This document shows, one piece after another, positions 16,408 to 26,091 of a stretch of DNA of 64,000 bases. Source of the stretch: an uncultured virus (IMG/VR IMGVR_UViG_3300047160_035018). Taxonomy: Duplodnaviria > Heunggongvirae > Uroviricota > Caudoviricetes. The translations under genes and the position numbers were made by a program. The stretch's first letter is position 1. Each line of letters begins with the position of its first letter. The stretch lies in IMG/VR virus record IMGVR_UViG_3300047160_035018; one strand, written 5' to 3'. Under the pieces are notes generated by a model that had not been told where the DNA came from, searched no databases, and saw only the letters and a program-made list of their open reading frames with translations.

Positions 16408-16575
16408 ATGGGTACTCCCAACGAGATCCTTGAACAGGTCACGTGCCGCTTCTACGCGGCCGACCTGAAAAAGATTCGTAAGCAGGCGAAGGTGCTGGGG
16501 CTTTCCTTCCACGCCCACCTCCGCAGCGTCGTTCGCCAGGCGCTGTCACGCACCGCGAAAGGGTTCGTCAGATGA
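16408..16575 (+). CDS. Ribbon-helix-helix-like DNA-binding protein (55 aa, not in ORF track)
   Basis: MGTPNEILEQVTCRFYAADLKKIRKQAKVLGLSFHAHLRSVVRQAL; AGTACC/GGTACT inverted repeat at 16391-16416; at a divergent junction. Confidence 0.65.
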   Translation: MGTPNEILEQVTCRFYAADLKKIRKQAKVLGLSFHAHLRSVVRQALSRTAKGFVR

Positions 16576-16823
16576 GCGAGGGACACCTCTCGATCTGGAA
16601 GTTCCTCATCAGCGACGTGACCTGGGTGCAGGACCCAGAGGAGCCCGGCATCCAGTACCGCGGCATCGTCGCGGCCGTCGTGGCCGAGACCGAGGCCCAG
16701 GCCCGCGAGCTCCTCAGCGACTATGGGCGGCGGAACGGGATCGGCGTCACGTGGCTGCGCGCTGCCCAGGTCATCGAGCTCTCCATCGCCGATGGCACCT
16801 TCATCTGCTGGTCACAGACGTGA
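16572..16823 (+). CDS. Hypothetical protein
   Basis: ATGA-coupled. Confidence 0.65.
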   Translation: MSEGHLSIWKFLISDVTWVQDPEEPGIQYRGIVAAVVAETEAQARELLSDYGRRNGIGVTWLRAAQVIELSIADGTFICWSQT

Positions 16824-17047
16824 GTGACGCGAGTGACGAGGAGGACGTCCCCGCTCTCGTGGAGCGGGTCATGGCGGCCGTCGCGGATACCGACCCGGAG
16901 AAGGCCGTGCCGTGTCTCCTCGGCATCGCGGCCGAGATCGTTCTCGACGATGCCCCGGAGGCGCCCTTGGAGGTCTTCCTCCACCTCGCCACGCGGGCCT
17001 TCACGTACATGAAGGCCTCCCGCACAACCGAAGGAGTTACCCATTGA
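16820..17047 (+). CDS. Hypothetical protein
   Basis: GTGA-coupled, acidic, helical. Confidence 0.55.
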   Translation: MSDASDEEDVPALVERVMAAVADTDPEKAVPCLLGIAAEIVLDDAPEAPLEVFLHLATRAFTYMKASRTTEGVTH

Positions 17048-18501
17048 AGCCCGTCGTCGCCATCTGCATCCCGGTCTACAAGGACCTCCCGCCCGTCTTC
17101 TTCGACTGCTGGACGCGGCTCTGGAAGCCGCGGGCCAGCCCGGCCTTCGAGGGTGAGACGCACCGCTTCATGACGATCGGTCAGACCATCGAGGCGGCGC
17201 GCAAGGTCATGACCATCGATGCCCTGAACCTTACGCCCCGGGCCACGCACGTCCTCTGGTTGGACTCGGACATGGTGTTTCCGCCGCACGCCCTCCAGCG
17301 CCTCCTCGGCCACAACGTGCCCATCGTCGGCGGGCTCTGCCACAACCGGCGGCCGCCCTACCAGCCCATCCTCGGCAAGAAGCACGCCGACGACGAGCGT
17401 GGCTTCGGCTGGTGCTATCACTACCCGCCCGACGCCCTCTTCGATGTCGACCGCACCGGTGCCGCGTTCCTCCTCGTCGAACGGCGGGTCTTCGAGGACG
17501 TGGCCGAGAAGTTCGGGATGGGGGAGTGGTGGACGCCCATGTACGACCGGGGCTACTCCGAGGACTTCTCGTTCTGTGCCCGCGCCCAGGCGTGCGGCTA
17601 CCGCATCGTCGTCGACACCGGGCTCGAGATCGGCCACCTCGGCGAGGTCGTCGTCGATTCGGCCTTCGCGCGGCGGAACCGGCCCTACGAGCACGAGGCG
17701 TGGAACCCCGACCCGCCGGCGGCCGAGGGCGTGGCCCAGGCCAGCATCGTGATCCCGACCTACAACCAGAACCCGAAGTGGCTGCGCGCCGCCGTCCTGT
17801 CGGCGGCCAAGCAGACCGTTCCGGTCGAGGTCATCGTCGTCGACGACGGGTCGGTGCCACCGGTGCCGGAGCACGGCTGGCCGTCGAACGTGCGCGTGAT
17901 CTACCACGAGGCCTATGAGAACAAGCCCGGCGAGCCCATGTTCGGCGCGCAGTTCGAGAGCGCGCGCGTACCCCAGAACCGCGGCATCGCCAACGCGCTC
18001 AACACCGGCATCGAGCACATGCGGACCCCGTGGTTCGCGTGGCTGGCCTCCGACGACTGGCTCGACCCGCGCAAGGTCGAGATGCAACTCTCGGCGCTCA
18101 AGCAGGCAGGCGGCGTGGCCGGGTTCACGCGCTACCAGTCCATCATGAGCCCGGCCGGGGAGTTCTCGGAGGTCGCGGCCCTGCCGGGCTGGCGTAACCT
18201 CGACCAGCAGCGCGCGGTCCTCGCCGATGGCTGTGCGATCAACGGCTCGACGGTCATGATCCACAAGAAGGTCTTCGCCGACGTGGGCGGCTTCGACCCG
18301 GGCTACCGGTACGGCCAGGACTGGGAACTCTGGTGCCGCATCGGCCAGAAGTACCTCTGGCACGCCCACGAGGAGATCCTCACCACCAGGCGCGAGTACG
18401 GGAACCTCACCTCGGCCATCGCGTCCAGCTCCGAGACCGACGAGCGCCGGCTACGCCGAGACGCCGAGGATGCGGCGATCCGGGCCAAGTACAAGGTCTA
18501 G
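17044..18501 (+). CDS. Two-domain GT-A (GT2-like) glycosyltransferase
   Basis: TTG start after AAGGAG; ICIP..LDSD..SEDFSFC then SIVIPTYN..VVDDGS..ALNTG..SDD..QDWELW. Confidence 0.9.
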   Translation: MKPVVAICIPVYKDLPPVFFDCWTRLWKPRASPAFEGETHRFMTIGQTIEAARKVMTIDALNLTPRATHVLWLDSDMVFPPHALQRLLGHNVPIVGGLCHNRRPPYQPILGKKHADDERGFGWCYHYPPDALFDVDRTGAAFLLVERRVFEDVAEKFGMGEWWTPMYDRGYSEDFSFCARAQACGYRIVVDTGLEIGHLGEVVVDSAFARRNRPYEHEAWNPDPPAAEGVAQASIVIPTYNQNPKWLRAAVLSAAKQTVPVEVIVVDDGSVPPVPEHGWPSNVRVIYHEAYENKPGEPMFGAQFESARVPQNRGIANALNTGIEHMRTPWFAWLASDDWLDPRKVEMQLSALKQAGGVAGFTRYQSIMSPAGEFSEVAALPGWRNLDQQRAVLADGCAINGSTVMIHKKVFADVGGFDPGYRYGQDWELWCRIGQKYLWHAHEEILTTRREYGNLTSAIASSSETDERRLRRDAEDAAIRAKYKV

Positions 18502-18515
18502 GGAAGGAGACAAGG

Positions 18516-18890
18516 ATGGCACCCAAGAAGAAGGTAGCGAAGAAGACCACGGCGGCACCGTTCAGCGAGCGCGAGGCACTGGGCGCCTTGAACATGTACT
18601 TCGCCGCCGTGACGTCGGCGATGGACCGACACTCGGCCGCCTTGGTCGAGCTCTCCAAGGCCATCCTCCGCGACGCCGAGGTCCGGCTCGCGACCCACGA
18701 GAAGACCACCCAGCAGGGCGAGGACCTCCTCTCGCACATGAGCGCGTTCGTCGCGGCGTACAGCCCCGCCGCCGCCGCGTACCTCGACAAGTTCCACAAG
18801 GAGAAGGTCGAGCGCGAGCGCACCGCGGGCGTCTCTACGATCCGGGGCAACGGGACGCAAGCGCCGGCGCCGACCGAGGAGGTCGCGTGA
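18516..18890 (+). CDS. Hypothetical helical protein
   Basis: AAGGAG RBS. Confidence 0.7.
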   Translation: MAPKKKVAKKTTAAPFSEREALGALNMYFAAVTSAMDRHSAALVELSKAILRDAEVRLATHEKTTQQGEDLLSHMSAFVAAYSPAAAAYLDKFHKEKVERERTAGVSTIRGNGTQAPAPTEEVA

Positions 18891-19345
18891 TGGGTATCGG
18901 CTACGACGGCTCCGCCGGAGCCGATACCATCGGCCGCGCGGGCTGGGAGACCCTGGTTATGCCGGAGGTCGTGCTGAAGGCCTGCGAAGCTCGCATCACA
19001 CACGAGGAGGATCGCCTCGCCTTCTGGAAGGACGAGAAGTTGAACGCCGAGGCAATCCTCAAGCAGAAGGGTATCGAGTTCCGCGAGATGCCCGTGACCG
19101 GCGGCAACAGGATGCAACTCCATATCGATCCGGCGCGGCAGGCCCGCGTCGACGAGTGCGCCAGCAAGATCCACGAGCACGAGCACTACCTCGAGGAGTT
19201 CCAGGCCTACGCGGCGTTCTTGCGCCTGCACATCGGCCCGGATCCCGCCACCTTGAAGCACGCTGGAGAACTCCTCGCGCCAGCCACAGCGCGAGCCCTC
19301 TCGCTCAGTCCGCATGACGTCCGGTACTTCGGGATCAAGCCATGA
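18890..19345 (+). CDS. Hypothetical coiled-coil protein
   Basis: GGAGG RBS, coupled. Confidence 0.7.
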   Translation: MGIGYDGSAGADTIGRAGWETLVMPEVVLKACEARITHEEDRLAFWKDEKLNAEAILKQKGIEFREMPVTGGNRMQLHIDPARQARVDECASKIHEHEHYLEEFQAYAAFLRLHIGPDPATLKHAGELLAPATARALSLSPHDVRYFGIKP

Positions 19346-19500
19346 CCCAGAACTGCCGCGAGTGCGGGGCCGAGAACGATGGGACCGCCTTGGGAACCCA
19401 TCGACATGACGGCTGGCAGGGCGCGCCCCCGACGGACACCTGGTACTGCGCTCGCCACTGCCCACATCCTTACTGCGTCGCGGAGCGAGCGAAGGCATGA
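19342..19500 (+). CDS. Tiny Cys/His-rich protein (52 aa, not in ORF track)
   Basis: MTQNCRECGA...WYCARHCPHPYC; ATGA-coupled both sides. Confidence 0.55.
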   Translation: MTQNCRECGAENDGTALGTHRHDGWQGAPPTDTWYCARHCPHPYCVAERAKA

Positions 19501-19700
19501 CAACGCTCCGAGAGACACGCATCGTCATCGTACGGGTTGACGACAAGGTGTTCGCCGAGTGTCCTCACACCAGTGACGAGGACGTCTCGGTCGGCTCGCT
19601 ACGTCTGAGCGACGGCAGGCTCACGCTTTTCCTGTCGCTTGGGCTACTCCCCATCGTCGTTAACCCGGGCCAGTCGCTGATCATCGAGTTGTCCGAATGA
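19497..19700 (+). CDS. Hypothetical protein
   Basis: Coupled ORF. Confidence 0.55.
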   Translation: MTTLRETRIVIVRVDDKVFAECPHTSDEDVSVGSLRLSDGRLTLFLSLGLLPIVVNPGQSLIIELSE

Positions 19701-19912
19701 TGCGCGAGACCCAGCGCTGTCCGAAGTGCGGCGGCACCATCATCGCCGGGCCGCGCTACTGCGGTGGCGTCGCACCGTGTGTCGCCAAGCCACTTCCCGA
19801 GTACCCGCTCTGGATCTCGGGCCGGCACCATCCGGAGCACCTCTTCTACACCTGCATCCAGTGCGGCTACGCTGACATCGAGCCCTGCGCCGACGCCAAG
19901 GCGGCATCGTGA
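19697..19912 (+). CDS. Zn-ribbon protein
   Basis: CPKC...CIQC. Confidence 0.65.
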   Translation: MMRETQRCPKCGGTIIAGPRYCGGVAPCVAKPLPEYPLWISGRHHPEHLFYTCIQCGYADIEPCADAKAAS

Positions 19913-20262
19913 TCCCCGAGAAGGAGATGGCCCGGCTCATGGCCACGTGCCGGTGGTTCGACGCGAGGGAGACCCGGTGCGGCGCCGGCGTGGACGTGCG
20001 CGGCGAGTGCAAGAGGTTCGGGATACCGGAGCCCTGCCTGACCGGGAAGGGCGCCTGGCCATGTGACAAGTACCAGCCCACACCGGCCGATGTGGTGGAG
20101 GCCGAGTGGGGCGCGCTCTTCGAGATGAGCGCCCGAGCCATCGAGCGCATCGCCGCCGGTCTCTGCCCGCACTGCGGCGCCAAGGTCGAACGGCGCGTGC
20201 AGGTCGGGAAATGCGTCTACGCCGAGCCCTGCCGGCATCGGCTGGGGAGTGGGAAGGCATGA
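19909..20262 (+). CDS. Cys-rich hypothetical protein
   Basis: GTGA-coupled; CPHC..CRH. Confidence 0.65.
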   Translation: MIPEKEMARLMATCRWFDARETRCGAGVDVRGECKRFGIPEPCLTGKGAWPCDKYQPTPADVVEAEWGALFEMSARAIERIAAGLCPHCGAKVERRVQVGKCVYAEPCRHRLGSGKA

Positions 20263-20912
20263 CAAACACCTACGACTTCACCGACGCCGAAGCCGATGCC
20301 TACATGGCCGGCAAGGAGAACCAGGCCGTGCGGGACGTGATCGCGGCCTGGATCCACGCCGACGCCGAGCTCCTCATGGGCACGACCCATGCCCTGCCTG
20401 GTCAGGACGCCGCGCCGTGGCGCGTTCTCGACATCGGCTGTGGCCGCGGCATCGATGCGGCCCGGTACGCGCCCGAGCACTACAAGGGTCTCGACAGTTC
20501 GCCGTCGCTCATCCGCGCCGCGCAGCGTGCCTTTCCTCAGCATGCTTTCGAGGTCGCCTACGTCCGGCCGCCGGACATCCCCTCCCCGGGGCCGGACGTG
20601 GCGACCTACGAGTACACGATGATGAAGAGTATCCTCGAGCACACGGCCGGCATCGGCGAGGCGCTCTACATCCTCCAGATGGCCCTCCTCCGGACCAAGC
20701 GAGCCGTCTTCGTCGCGTGGCATACGTTCCCCATCCTGGGGTCGGAGCACGACCGAATCAGCATGCCTGATGGGTACCTGGGTCGACCGATCTTCCAGAA
20801 CCAGTACCGGCTGGAGCCCTTCGTGAGCTTGGTCACGATGCGCGGCTGGCGCTTCGCCGAGTGTAGCCACGTCGAGAACTTTCAACTCTGGCGCCTGGAG
20901 CGGAACCCATGA
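20259..20912 (+). CDS. Class I SAM-dependent methyltransferase
   Basis: VLDIGCGRG, GLDSS, SILEH. Confidence 0.85.
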   Translation: MTNTYDFTDAEADAYMAGKENQAVRDVIAAWIHADAELLMGTTHALPGQDAAPWRVLDIGCGRGIDAARYAPEHYKGLDSSPSLIRAAQRAFPQHAFEVAYVRPPDIPSPGPDVATYEYTMMKSILEHTAGIGEALYILQMALLRTKRAVFVAWHTFPILGSEHDRISMPDGYLGRPIFQNQYRLEPFVSLVTMRGWRFAECSHVENFQLWRLERNP

Positions 20913-21481
20913 AGCAAGGGCTGCAGGACTGGTTCAACGCGAACTACGACATCGACGCGAAGCTCATCTACACGAACGCTGGTGCCTCGCAGATCTCCTG
21001 GGTGCGTGATCAACTGGCCACCACCTTCTCAACTGGCCTGGGGCATCAGGCTTGTCATGACGAAACGGCCTTCGTCGTCTCAACCCACACCTCCAAGAGC
21101 GTGCGCTTGCCCGTGTACCTACTTGAGCGGCCCGGCCTGAAGTTGTACCTCCGAGGCAACTTCTACGACTGGAAGCTATCGGTGGATTCGGACAAGGAGA
21201 TCAACGCCAACTTCGATGGCCTGTTTCAAACAGGTCCGCCGGTCGAACCGGAATACACCGGCGACCCGCTGCACCAGGTCTACTTCGAGGGGTTCTCGCC
21301 AGACTGGATCTACGACTACTACGAGAGGTCGAACAAGAAGCGCTTCTCAGCCGAGTTATGGAATCAGTCCTCCCTCTGGACGGCGGCGTTCCTGATTCTC
21401 CGCGATCTGGGTCACATCCAGGCCATGCGGTGGAACACGCGAGCATCACACTCTGCAATGCTCAGGGAGCCCAAGCGATGA
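20909..21481 (+). CDS. Hypothetical protein (lower GC)
   Basis: 190-aa coupled ORF, aromatic-rich. Confidence 0.75.
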   Translation: MKQGLQDWFNANYDIDAKLIYTNAGASQISWVRDQLATTFSTGLGHQACHDETAFVVSTHTSKSVRLPVYLLERPGLKLYLRGNFYDWKLSVDSDKEINANFDGLFQTGPPVEPEYTGDPLHQVYFEGFSPDWIYDYYERSNKKRFSAELWNQSSLWTAAFLILRDLGHIQAMRWNTRASHSAMLREPKR

Positions 21482-22113
21482 CCATCCCCGCCGGCTGGAC
21501 CGACCACGGCGAGATCGTCCCGGCCGGCATCGTCGAAGATTTTGTGGTGACGCGCCGCGACGCACTCGATGCCCACTTCGATGCCCACTGGGTCGAGGGT
21601 CCGAGCTTCCAGAACGAACGCCTCCACTGGGGGCGCGCTGCGGCGCCGCATGGGCCGTTCGAGCGCATGGGCCGCTCGGTGACCCTCCTCGATACGCACA
21701 CCCGCATCTACCGTGGTCGTATCGACGACCAACGCACCCTGGTGTCGGCGATCTGGCCGGGGCTGCCCCGGATCGGGATCTGGCTCTTCCGCCGATACGG
21801 CGCCTTCGACACCAAGGAGCTCTTTATCCCGCCCGAGGGCCGCTACCACATGGCTGCCTGCAACCCCTGCGTTCTCCGGGTCGGCGACCACTACGAGGTC
21901 TTCTTCGAGGGCCGTGGTGATGAGGTCCGGTGGTCGATCTACCACGCCACATGGCGTGGGGACCGAGAACGACGCATCGTCGCCCCCGAGCCCTTCCTCG
22001 AGGGCGCCGCCAACCCGTCCCTCCTCCTCCATGAGGGCCGACTCTACCTCTACTACTCGAAGCACGTGGACGGCGGGTTCTCGACGCGCTGCATGTCGAG
22101 GCCGGCGCCGTGA
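21478..22113 (+). CDS. Beta-propeller glycoside-hydrolase-like protein
   Basis: Blade-like repeats NPCVLRVGDHYEVFFEG and NPSLLLHEGRLYLYYS. Confidence 0.6.
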   Translation: MTIPAGWTDHGEIVPAGIVEDFVVTRRDALDAHFDAHWVEGPSFQNERLHWGRAAAPHGPFERMGRSVTLLDTHTRIYRGRIDDQRTLVSAIWPGLPRIGIWLFRRYGAFDTKELFIPPEGRYHMAACNPCVLRVGDHYEVFFEGRGDEVRWSIYHATWRGDRERRIVAPEPFLEGAANPSLLLHEGRLYLYYSKHVDGGFSTRCMSRPAP

Positions 22114-22538
22114 GTGAGCCCCAATTCTTCCATCTCGACGGCTTCCTGTCTGATGTGGAACGCACGCTCGTCGGCGTGCTCACACGCATCAAGGAACCGC
22201 CGACCCCCACTCTTCCGATCAATCTGTTCATCCCGAAAGGAGCACTCATGGCACCCACGGAAGACAAGCACCCCGAGCTCGGCTTCAAGTTCAAGATCGG
22301 CGAGGTCGTGACGCACACCGCCTTCGACCTTGGTGAGGCGGCCCGCAAGAAGGGCCTCAAGATCCAGCGCATGCTCATCTGTACTCGTCTCATCGACGAG
22401 TGCGCCGGCGGCGTCCAGCGGCACTACCTCGTCCGCTCGATCGTCGAGGAGTATGGCCGCCACGGTGTGGCGATCGACCTCCTCAAGCTCGGCGAGCTCG
22501 AGCTCGTCGCAGTACCGACCGAGACCCCAGCGCCGTGA
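22110..22538 (+). CDS. Hypothetical protein
   Basis: Coupled ORF; alternative start at 22248 after AAGGAG. Confidence 0.6.
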   Translation: MSEPQFFHLDGFLSDVERTLVGVLTRIKEPPTPTLPINLFIPKGALMAPTEDKHPELGFKFKIGEVVTHTAFDLGEAARKKGLKIQRMLICTRLIDECAGGVQRHYLVRSIVEEYGRHGVAIDLLKLGELELVAVPTETPAP

Positions 22539-22798
22539 CGTCTCGCAGCAACCACGCCGCCGCCCCGCACGGCTTCTCGTTCTGCGAGTCCGTCTGGGCC
22601 ACGTCGTCGTCGCGCTGGCACATCCGCATCCTGTCCCAGGTCGGCCGCAAGCCAAGCGGCGGCATCGATACCCCCTTCCTCTGCGGTACCAAGGTCCCGC
22701 ACGGCTGGGACCTGAACGTCGAGATCACCGAGCACCACCTCGCCCACACCTGCCCGCTCTGCGTCGCCCACTACCGCGCACTCACGAGGACGCCATGA
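22535..22798 (+). CDS. Small Cys/His protein
   Basis: WHIR..LCG..TCPLC; coupled. Confidence 0.6.
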   Translation: MTSRSNHAAAPHGFSFCESVWATSSSRWHIRILSQVGRKPSGGIDTPFLCGTKVPHGWDLNVEITEHHLAHTCPLCVAHYRALTRTP

Positions 22799-23535
22799 TC
22801 CCCGTCTTCATACATGTCCCGCGCACCGCCGGCACGACCCTCCGCGAGGCCATCCTCCGCCACTACGCCCCCGGCGAGGTCATGACCTGGGACGACTCCA
22901 CGACGGCGAGGGGGTGGCAGGCTGCCCTCCACGCGCGCGTCGTCATGATGATCCCATACCCAGCGAACGAGAGCGTCCAGAGCCTCGGCGCTCCGAAGCT
23001 GATCATGGGCCACTTGCCGTATCTGCCCGACGGCCACTGGCAACACGACCCGTTCTCGTACTTCACGTTCCTTCGTGAGCCGGTCCAGCGCGTGATCTCG
23101 GACTACCACTGGACCGGTCTCCTTCCGGCCCACCGGTTTCACAACCATTGTGCAGGGCTCACCCTCCCCGAGGCGCTCACCGCCAAGCAGTACATCAACC
23201 TCGACAACATCCACGTCCGGCTCTACGCCAACGCGATGGACGTCCCCTTCGGCGAGCTCGATGGTGGCCATCTTGCCTCGGCCATCGAGGCTCTCGAGAC
23301 GTTCGCGTTCGTCGGGCTGACCGAGCACTTCGAGGATGGGGTCCGCGAGCTCGAACGGCTCTACGACTGGAAGAACCTCCCGGCTCAACTCGTCGACAAG
23401 AACCGCATCCAGTACGACCGAGAGCGCGACCCCAACCTGGCCGAGCTCGTCGCCGAGGTCAACCACTGGGACATCGCGCTCTACGAGCACGTCCTCCGGC
23501 AGCGGGCATTCGGGCACGACGGAGCTGGGATATGA
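22795..23535 (+). CDS. Sulfotransferase-family protein
   Basis: FIHVPRTAGTT (5'-PSB loop), FLREPVQRVISDY (3'-PB), FVGLTE, NHWDIALYE. Confidence 0.85.
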   Translation: MIPVFIHVPRTAGTTLREAILRHYAPGEVMTWDDSTTARGWQAALHARVVMMIPYPANESVQSLGAPKLIMGHLPYLPDGHWQHDPFSYFTFLREPVQRVISDYHWTGLLPAHRFHNHCAGLTLPEALTAKQYINLDNIHVRLYANAMDVPFGELDGGHLASAIEALETFAFVGLTEHFEDGVRELERLYDWKNLPAQLVDKNRIQYDRERDPNLAELVAEVNHWDIALYEHVLRQRAFGHDGAGI

Positions 23536-23738
23536 AGACTCCGAAGGACCTAGTGGTCAATGCCGTCGGAACGAGTGACACACCGACGGCTATTTTGCTA
23601 CGCCTTCTCATCAAGAATGTGCTCGAGGAGGTCGCACAGACGATCGAGCGCGGCGGCTGCCTCCGCTGCAGGGTGGCCTGCACGTGTCGCAGCGATGACG
23701 TCGCTGCCCTCCGCACGCTGATCCAGGAGACGACATGA
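23532..23738 (+). CDS. Hypothetical protein
   Basis: Coupled ORF. Confidence 0.5.
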   Translation: MKTPKDLVVNAVGTSDTPTAILLRLLIKNVLEEVAQTIERGGCLRCRVACTCRSDDVAALRTLIQETT

Positions 23739-24202
23739 GCCTCGATACCCCTATCGACGAGGGCGACGGCTACGTCTGCAACCGATGCCACACCCCCTAC
23801 GTGTGCGCGCCTGGGAAGGAGCACACCGACCTCTGCTCCGAATGCGCCTACGCTCGCGTGGACGAGTTAGAGGCCGAGCTCGCCGAGATGCGAGCGCGCC
23901 TCGACCGCTACCAGGAGGACCGCAGCAAGATGGCCCACGCACTCCGGCGCGAGATCGATACCTGGCGCACGGCCTGCCGGGCGGTCGGCGGCGAGACAGA
24001 TACCGAGATCCGCCAGAACGTGGCCGCATTCCTAGGTCAGGTAAGGACCGTGATTCGAGCCCAGAGCCACACCCCCCTGGAGCGCCAGAAGAACGAGATG
24101 GCTCGCCACGAAGCCGCCGTCCTCCTCGCCGAGAGCGTCGATGCCCTCATGCGCTCCCTCGCTGCCTACCGCGCCGCCCCCGGTGCCAAGGCGACCCCAT
24201 GA
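23735..24202 (+). CDS. Zn-finger plus coiled-coil protein
   Basis: CNRC...CSEC then heptads. Confidence 0.65.
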   Translation: MSLDTPIDEGDGYVCNRCHTPYVCAPGKEHTDLCSECAYARVDELEAELAEMRARLDRYQEDRSKMAHALRREIDTWRTACRAVGGETDTEIRQNVAAFLGQVRTVIRAQSHTPLERQKNEMARHEAAVLLAESVDALMRSLAAYRAAPGAKATP

Positions 24203-24402
24203 GAGCGGTCGACCACAAGTGGTACACCGCCAACCCGGGGCGCGACGAGCACCAGGCGCGCTGCACGCGGTGTGGCCTCATGCGGAAGTTCGGGGAGCGG
24301 CCGCGCCCTCGTGCCGCACCCATCCTCGTCGCCATGTTCTCTCGGAGCCCTAACGCAGACTGGAGCGAGACGCAGCCCTCCTGTGAAGGGAGGCCGTCGT
24401 GA
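24199..24402 (+). CDS. Small hypothetical protein
   Basis: HKW..CTRC; coupled. Confidence 0.55.
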   Translation: MRAVDHKWYTANPGRDEHQARCTRCGLMRKFGERPRPRAAPILVAMFSRSPNADWSETQPSCEGRPS

Positions 24403-24602
24403 CACCGCTCGACATCGAGTGCGCCGAACGGGTCGCGGCGGCCGTGGCCCGCGAGCTCGCTGGCAAGACCGAGCTCGAGATCTTCACCGTCCTCGCCGGG
24501 TCGTTCGTGCAGATGGCCCGGCGCCTCGGCCTCGACGTCGACGACGCCTGCGAGGCCCTGCGCGCGGGCTACGAGTACCTGGGGAGGAGGGGAGTGCAAT
24601 GA
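24399..24602 (+). CDS. Small hypothetical protein
   Basis: GGAGG RBS, coupled. Confidence 0.6.
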   Translation: MTPLDIECAERVAAAVARELAGKTELEIFTVLAGSFVQMARRLGLDVDDACEALRAGYEYLGRRGVQ

Positions 24603-25579
24603 AGATCCTTGCCATCGCCGAGTTCGACGCCGCGGGGGTATTGACCGGCCATCGAGAGGCGCTCCGGGCACTCGGGGTCGACTACCGCATCGCGGTCATC
24701 GACGAGTACGGCTACCGGAGCGACCTGGCCCACGATTGGCCTCACGCCGACGGGTCCATCGGCGGGCTCCGGGAGTTCGCGGAGGAGGCCGACATCCTCC
24801 AGTTCCATCCCGCCATCGGCCAGCCATGGTCCTCGACCGACACCTCGCCCCACTTCCACGACGGCGAGAACGAAGGGCTCTTCGGGATCGACTGGACCGT
24901 GATCCCGGCGCGCCGGGTCTCGCTCTTCCATGGCTCGAGGAACGCCTGGGCCAACGCGCCCACCTACGCCGCCCACTGGAAGAAGCGCGGCCACGCGATC
25001 TGGGCGACCACCTTGGACTACGTGATCGCCATGGGGGCCGACTACGCGCCGCCGGCGATCTTCCTGCCGCCGGGCGCGCGCGCACCGCTCCGTGGTAACG
25101 ACGACCCGCTTATCGTCGCCCACTCTCCGACCGACCCGAGCCTCTGCCACACCGAGGAGTTCCGGGCGATCGCGCGGACCATGGACGGCATCGTCATCGA
25201 CTACATGAACCGGCGGCCTCACGCCGAGGTCATGAGGCGCAAGCGCCAGGCCCACGCCGGCTTCGACCACCTCCGCGGCGCGTTCAGCGTGAACACCCTC
25301 GAGAACTGCGCGCTCGGGCTCGTCCCGCTCGTCGGGGTGCGGGCCGACGTGATCCTGCGCTTGCATCGCGAGGGCTTCGGAGGAGCCAACCTGGGCTTCC
25401 AAGGTTCGGTGCTGTTCCAGGTTCGGGACGTAGCAACGCTCCAACGGATGCTCCGCAAGCACGTCGAGGAGCCAGCGTACACGCGCTCCATCCAGGACTG
25501 CGCTTACACATGGTTCGAGGACTGCTGGCGCCCCGAGATCATCGGGGCACGGCTCAAACGCATGTACGAGGGACTCTGA
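24599..25579 (+). CDS. Putative GT-B glycosyltransferase
   Basis: MKILAI start, ADILQFH, VAHSPT, SVNTLENCALG resembling the GT-B donor-binding helix. Confidence 0.6.
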   Translation: MKILAIAEFDAAGVLTGHREALRALGVDYRIAVIDEYGYRSDLAHDWPHADGSIGGLREFAEEADILQFHPAIGQPWSSTDTSPHFHDGENEGLFGIDWTVIPARRVSLFHGSRNAWANAPTYAAHWKKRGHAIWATTLDYVIAMGADYAPPAIFLPPGARAPLRGNDDPLIVAHSPTDPSLCHTEEFRAIARTMDGIVIDYMNRRPHAEVMRRKRQAHAGFDHLRGAFSVNTLENCALGLVPLVGVRADVILRLHREGFGGANLGFQGSVLFQVRDVATLQRMLRKHVEEPAYTRSIQDCAYTWFEDCWRPEIIGARLKRMYEGL

Positions 25580-26091
25580 TGCGCGACGTCAAGACCAACC
25601 CGCTTGTCCTCTTGGCCTACATGGCCCATCCAGTTGGCCACGGCGCGGTAGCGGTGGCGAACGTCCAGAAGGCCAAGGCGCGCCTCTACTGGCTGATCGA
25701 GAACTTATCCGCCGTCGCATTTGCCGACGAGGCCACGACAGTCACCGTGCTCATCACCTGGGTCGCACCGTGGCTCCCCGAAGCAGAACTTTCCTTCAAC
25801 TTCGGGCGGGAGTCGGCGCCGCACGAGGAGATCATGCTGCGCTGCGAGACAACCGCCGGTCAGTGCGACCTCCTCTTCGCCTTCGGCGACCGGGTGAGCC
25901 CGGGCATGGAGCGCGAGGCAAGGGCGTGCCGCGAAGGAGGTGGGCGCTGTTTCAACATGACCGGAGAGAGAGACGAGATGCTCGGGCATCTGATCGCGCG
26001 CCTGATCAAAGATTACGTCCTGACCCGGCGCGCGCTGGCGGCGGAGGGGCCCATCGTGAGTGTGGCCATCACCGACAAGGACGGGCCGTGA
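25579..26091 (+). CDS. Nucleoside deoxyribosyltransferase-like (DUF4406-like) protein
   Basis: YMAHP, CDLLFAFG..SPGMERE. Confidence 0.6.
   Translation: MRDVKTNPLVLLAYMAHPVGHGAVAVANVQKAKARLYWLIENLSAVAFADEATTVTVLITWVAPWLPEAELSFNFGRESAPHEEIMLRCETTAGQCDLLFAFGDRVSPGMEREARACREGGGRCFNMTGERDEMLGHLIARLIKDYVLTRRALAAEGPIVSVAITDKDGP

Noticed and set aside
16801..18369. Long antisense/alternate-frame ORFs (also 35455-37185, 45260-46972, 2995-4080, 61416-62600)
   Set aside because: Shadow ORFs expected at high GC; they overlap genes with clear motifs and have Arg/Pro-rich or mirror composition
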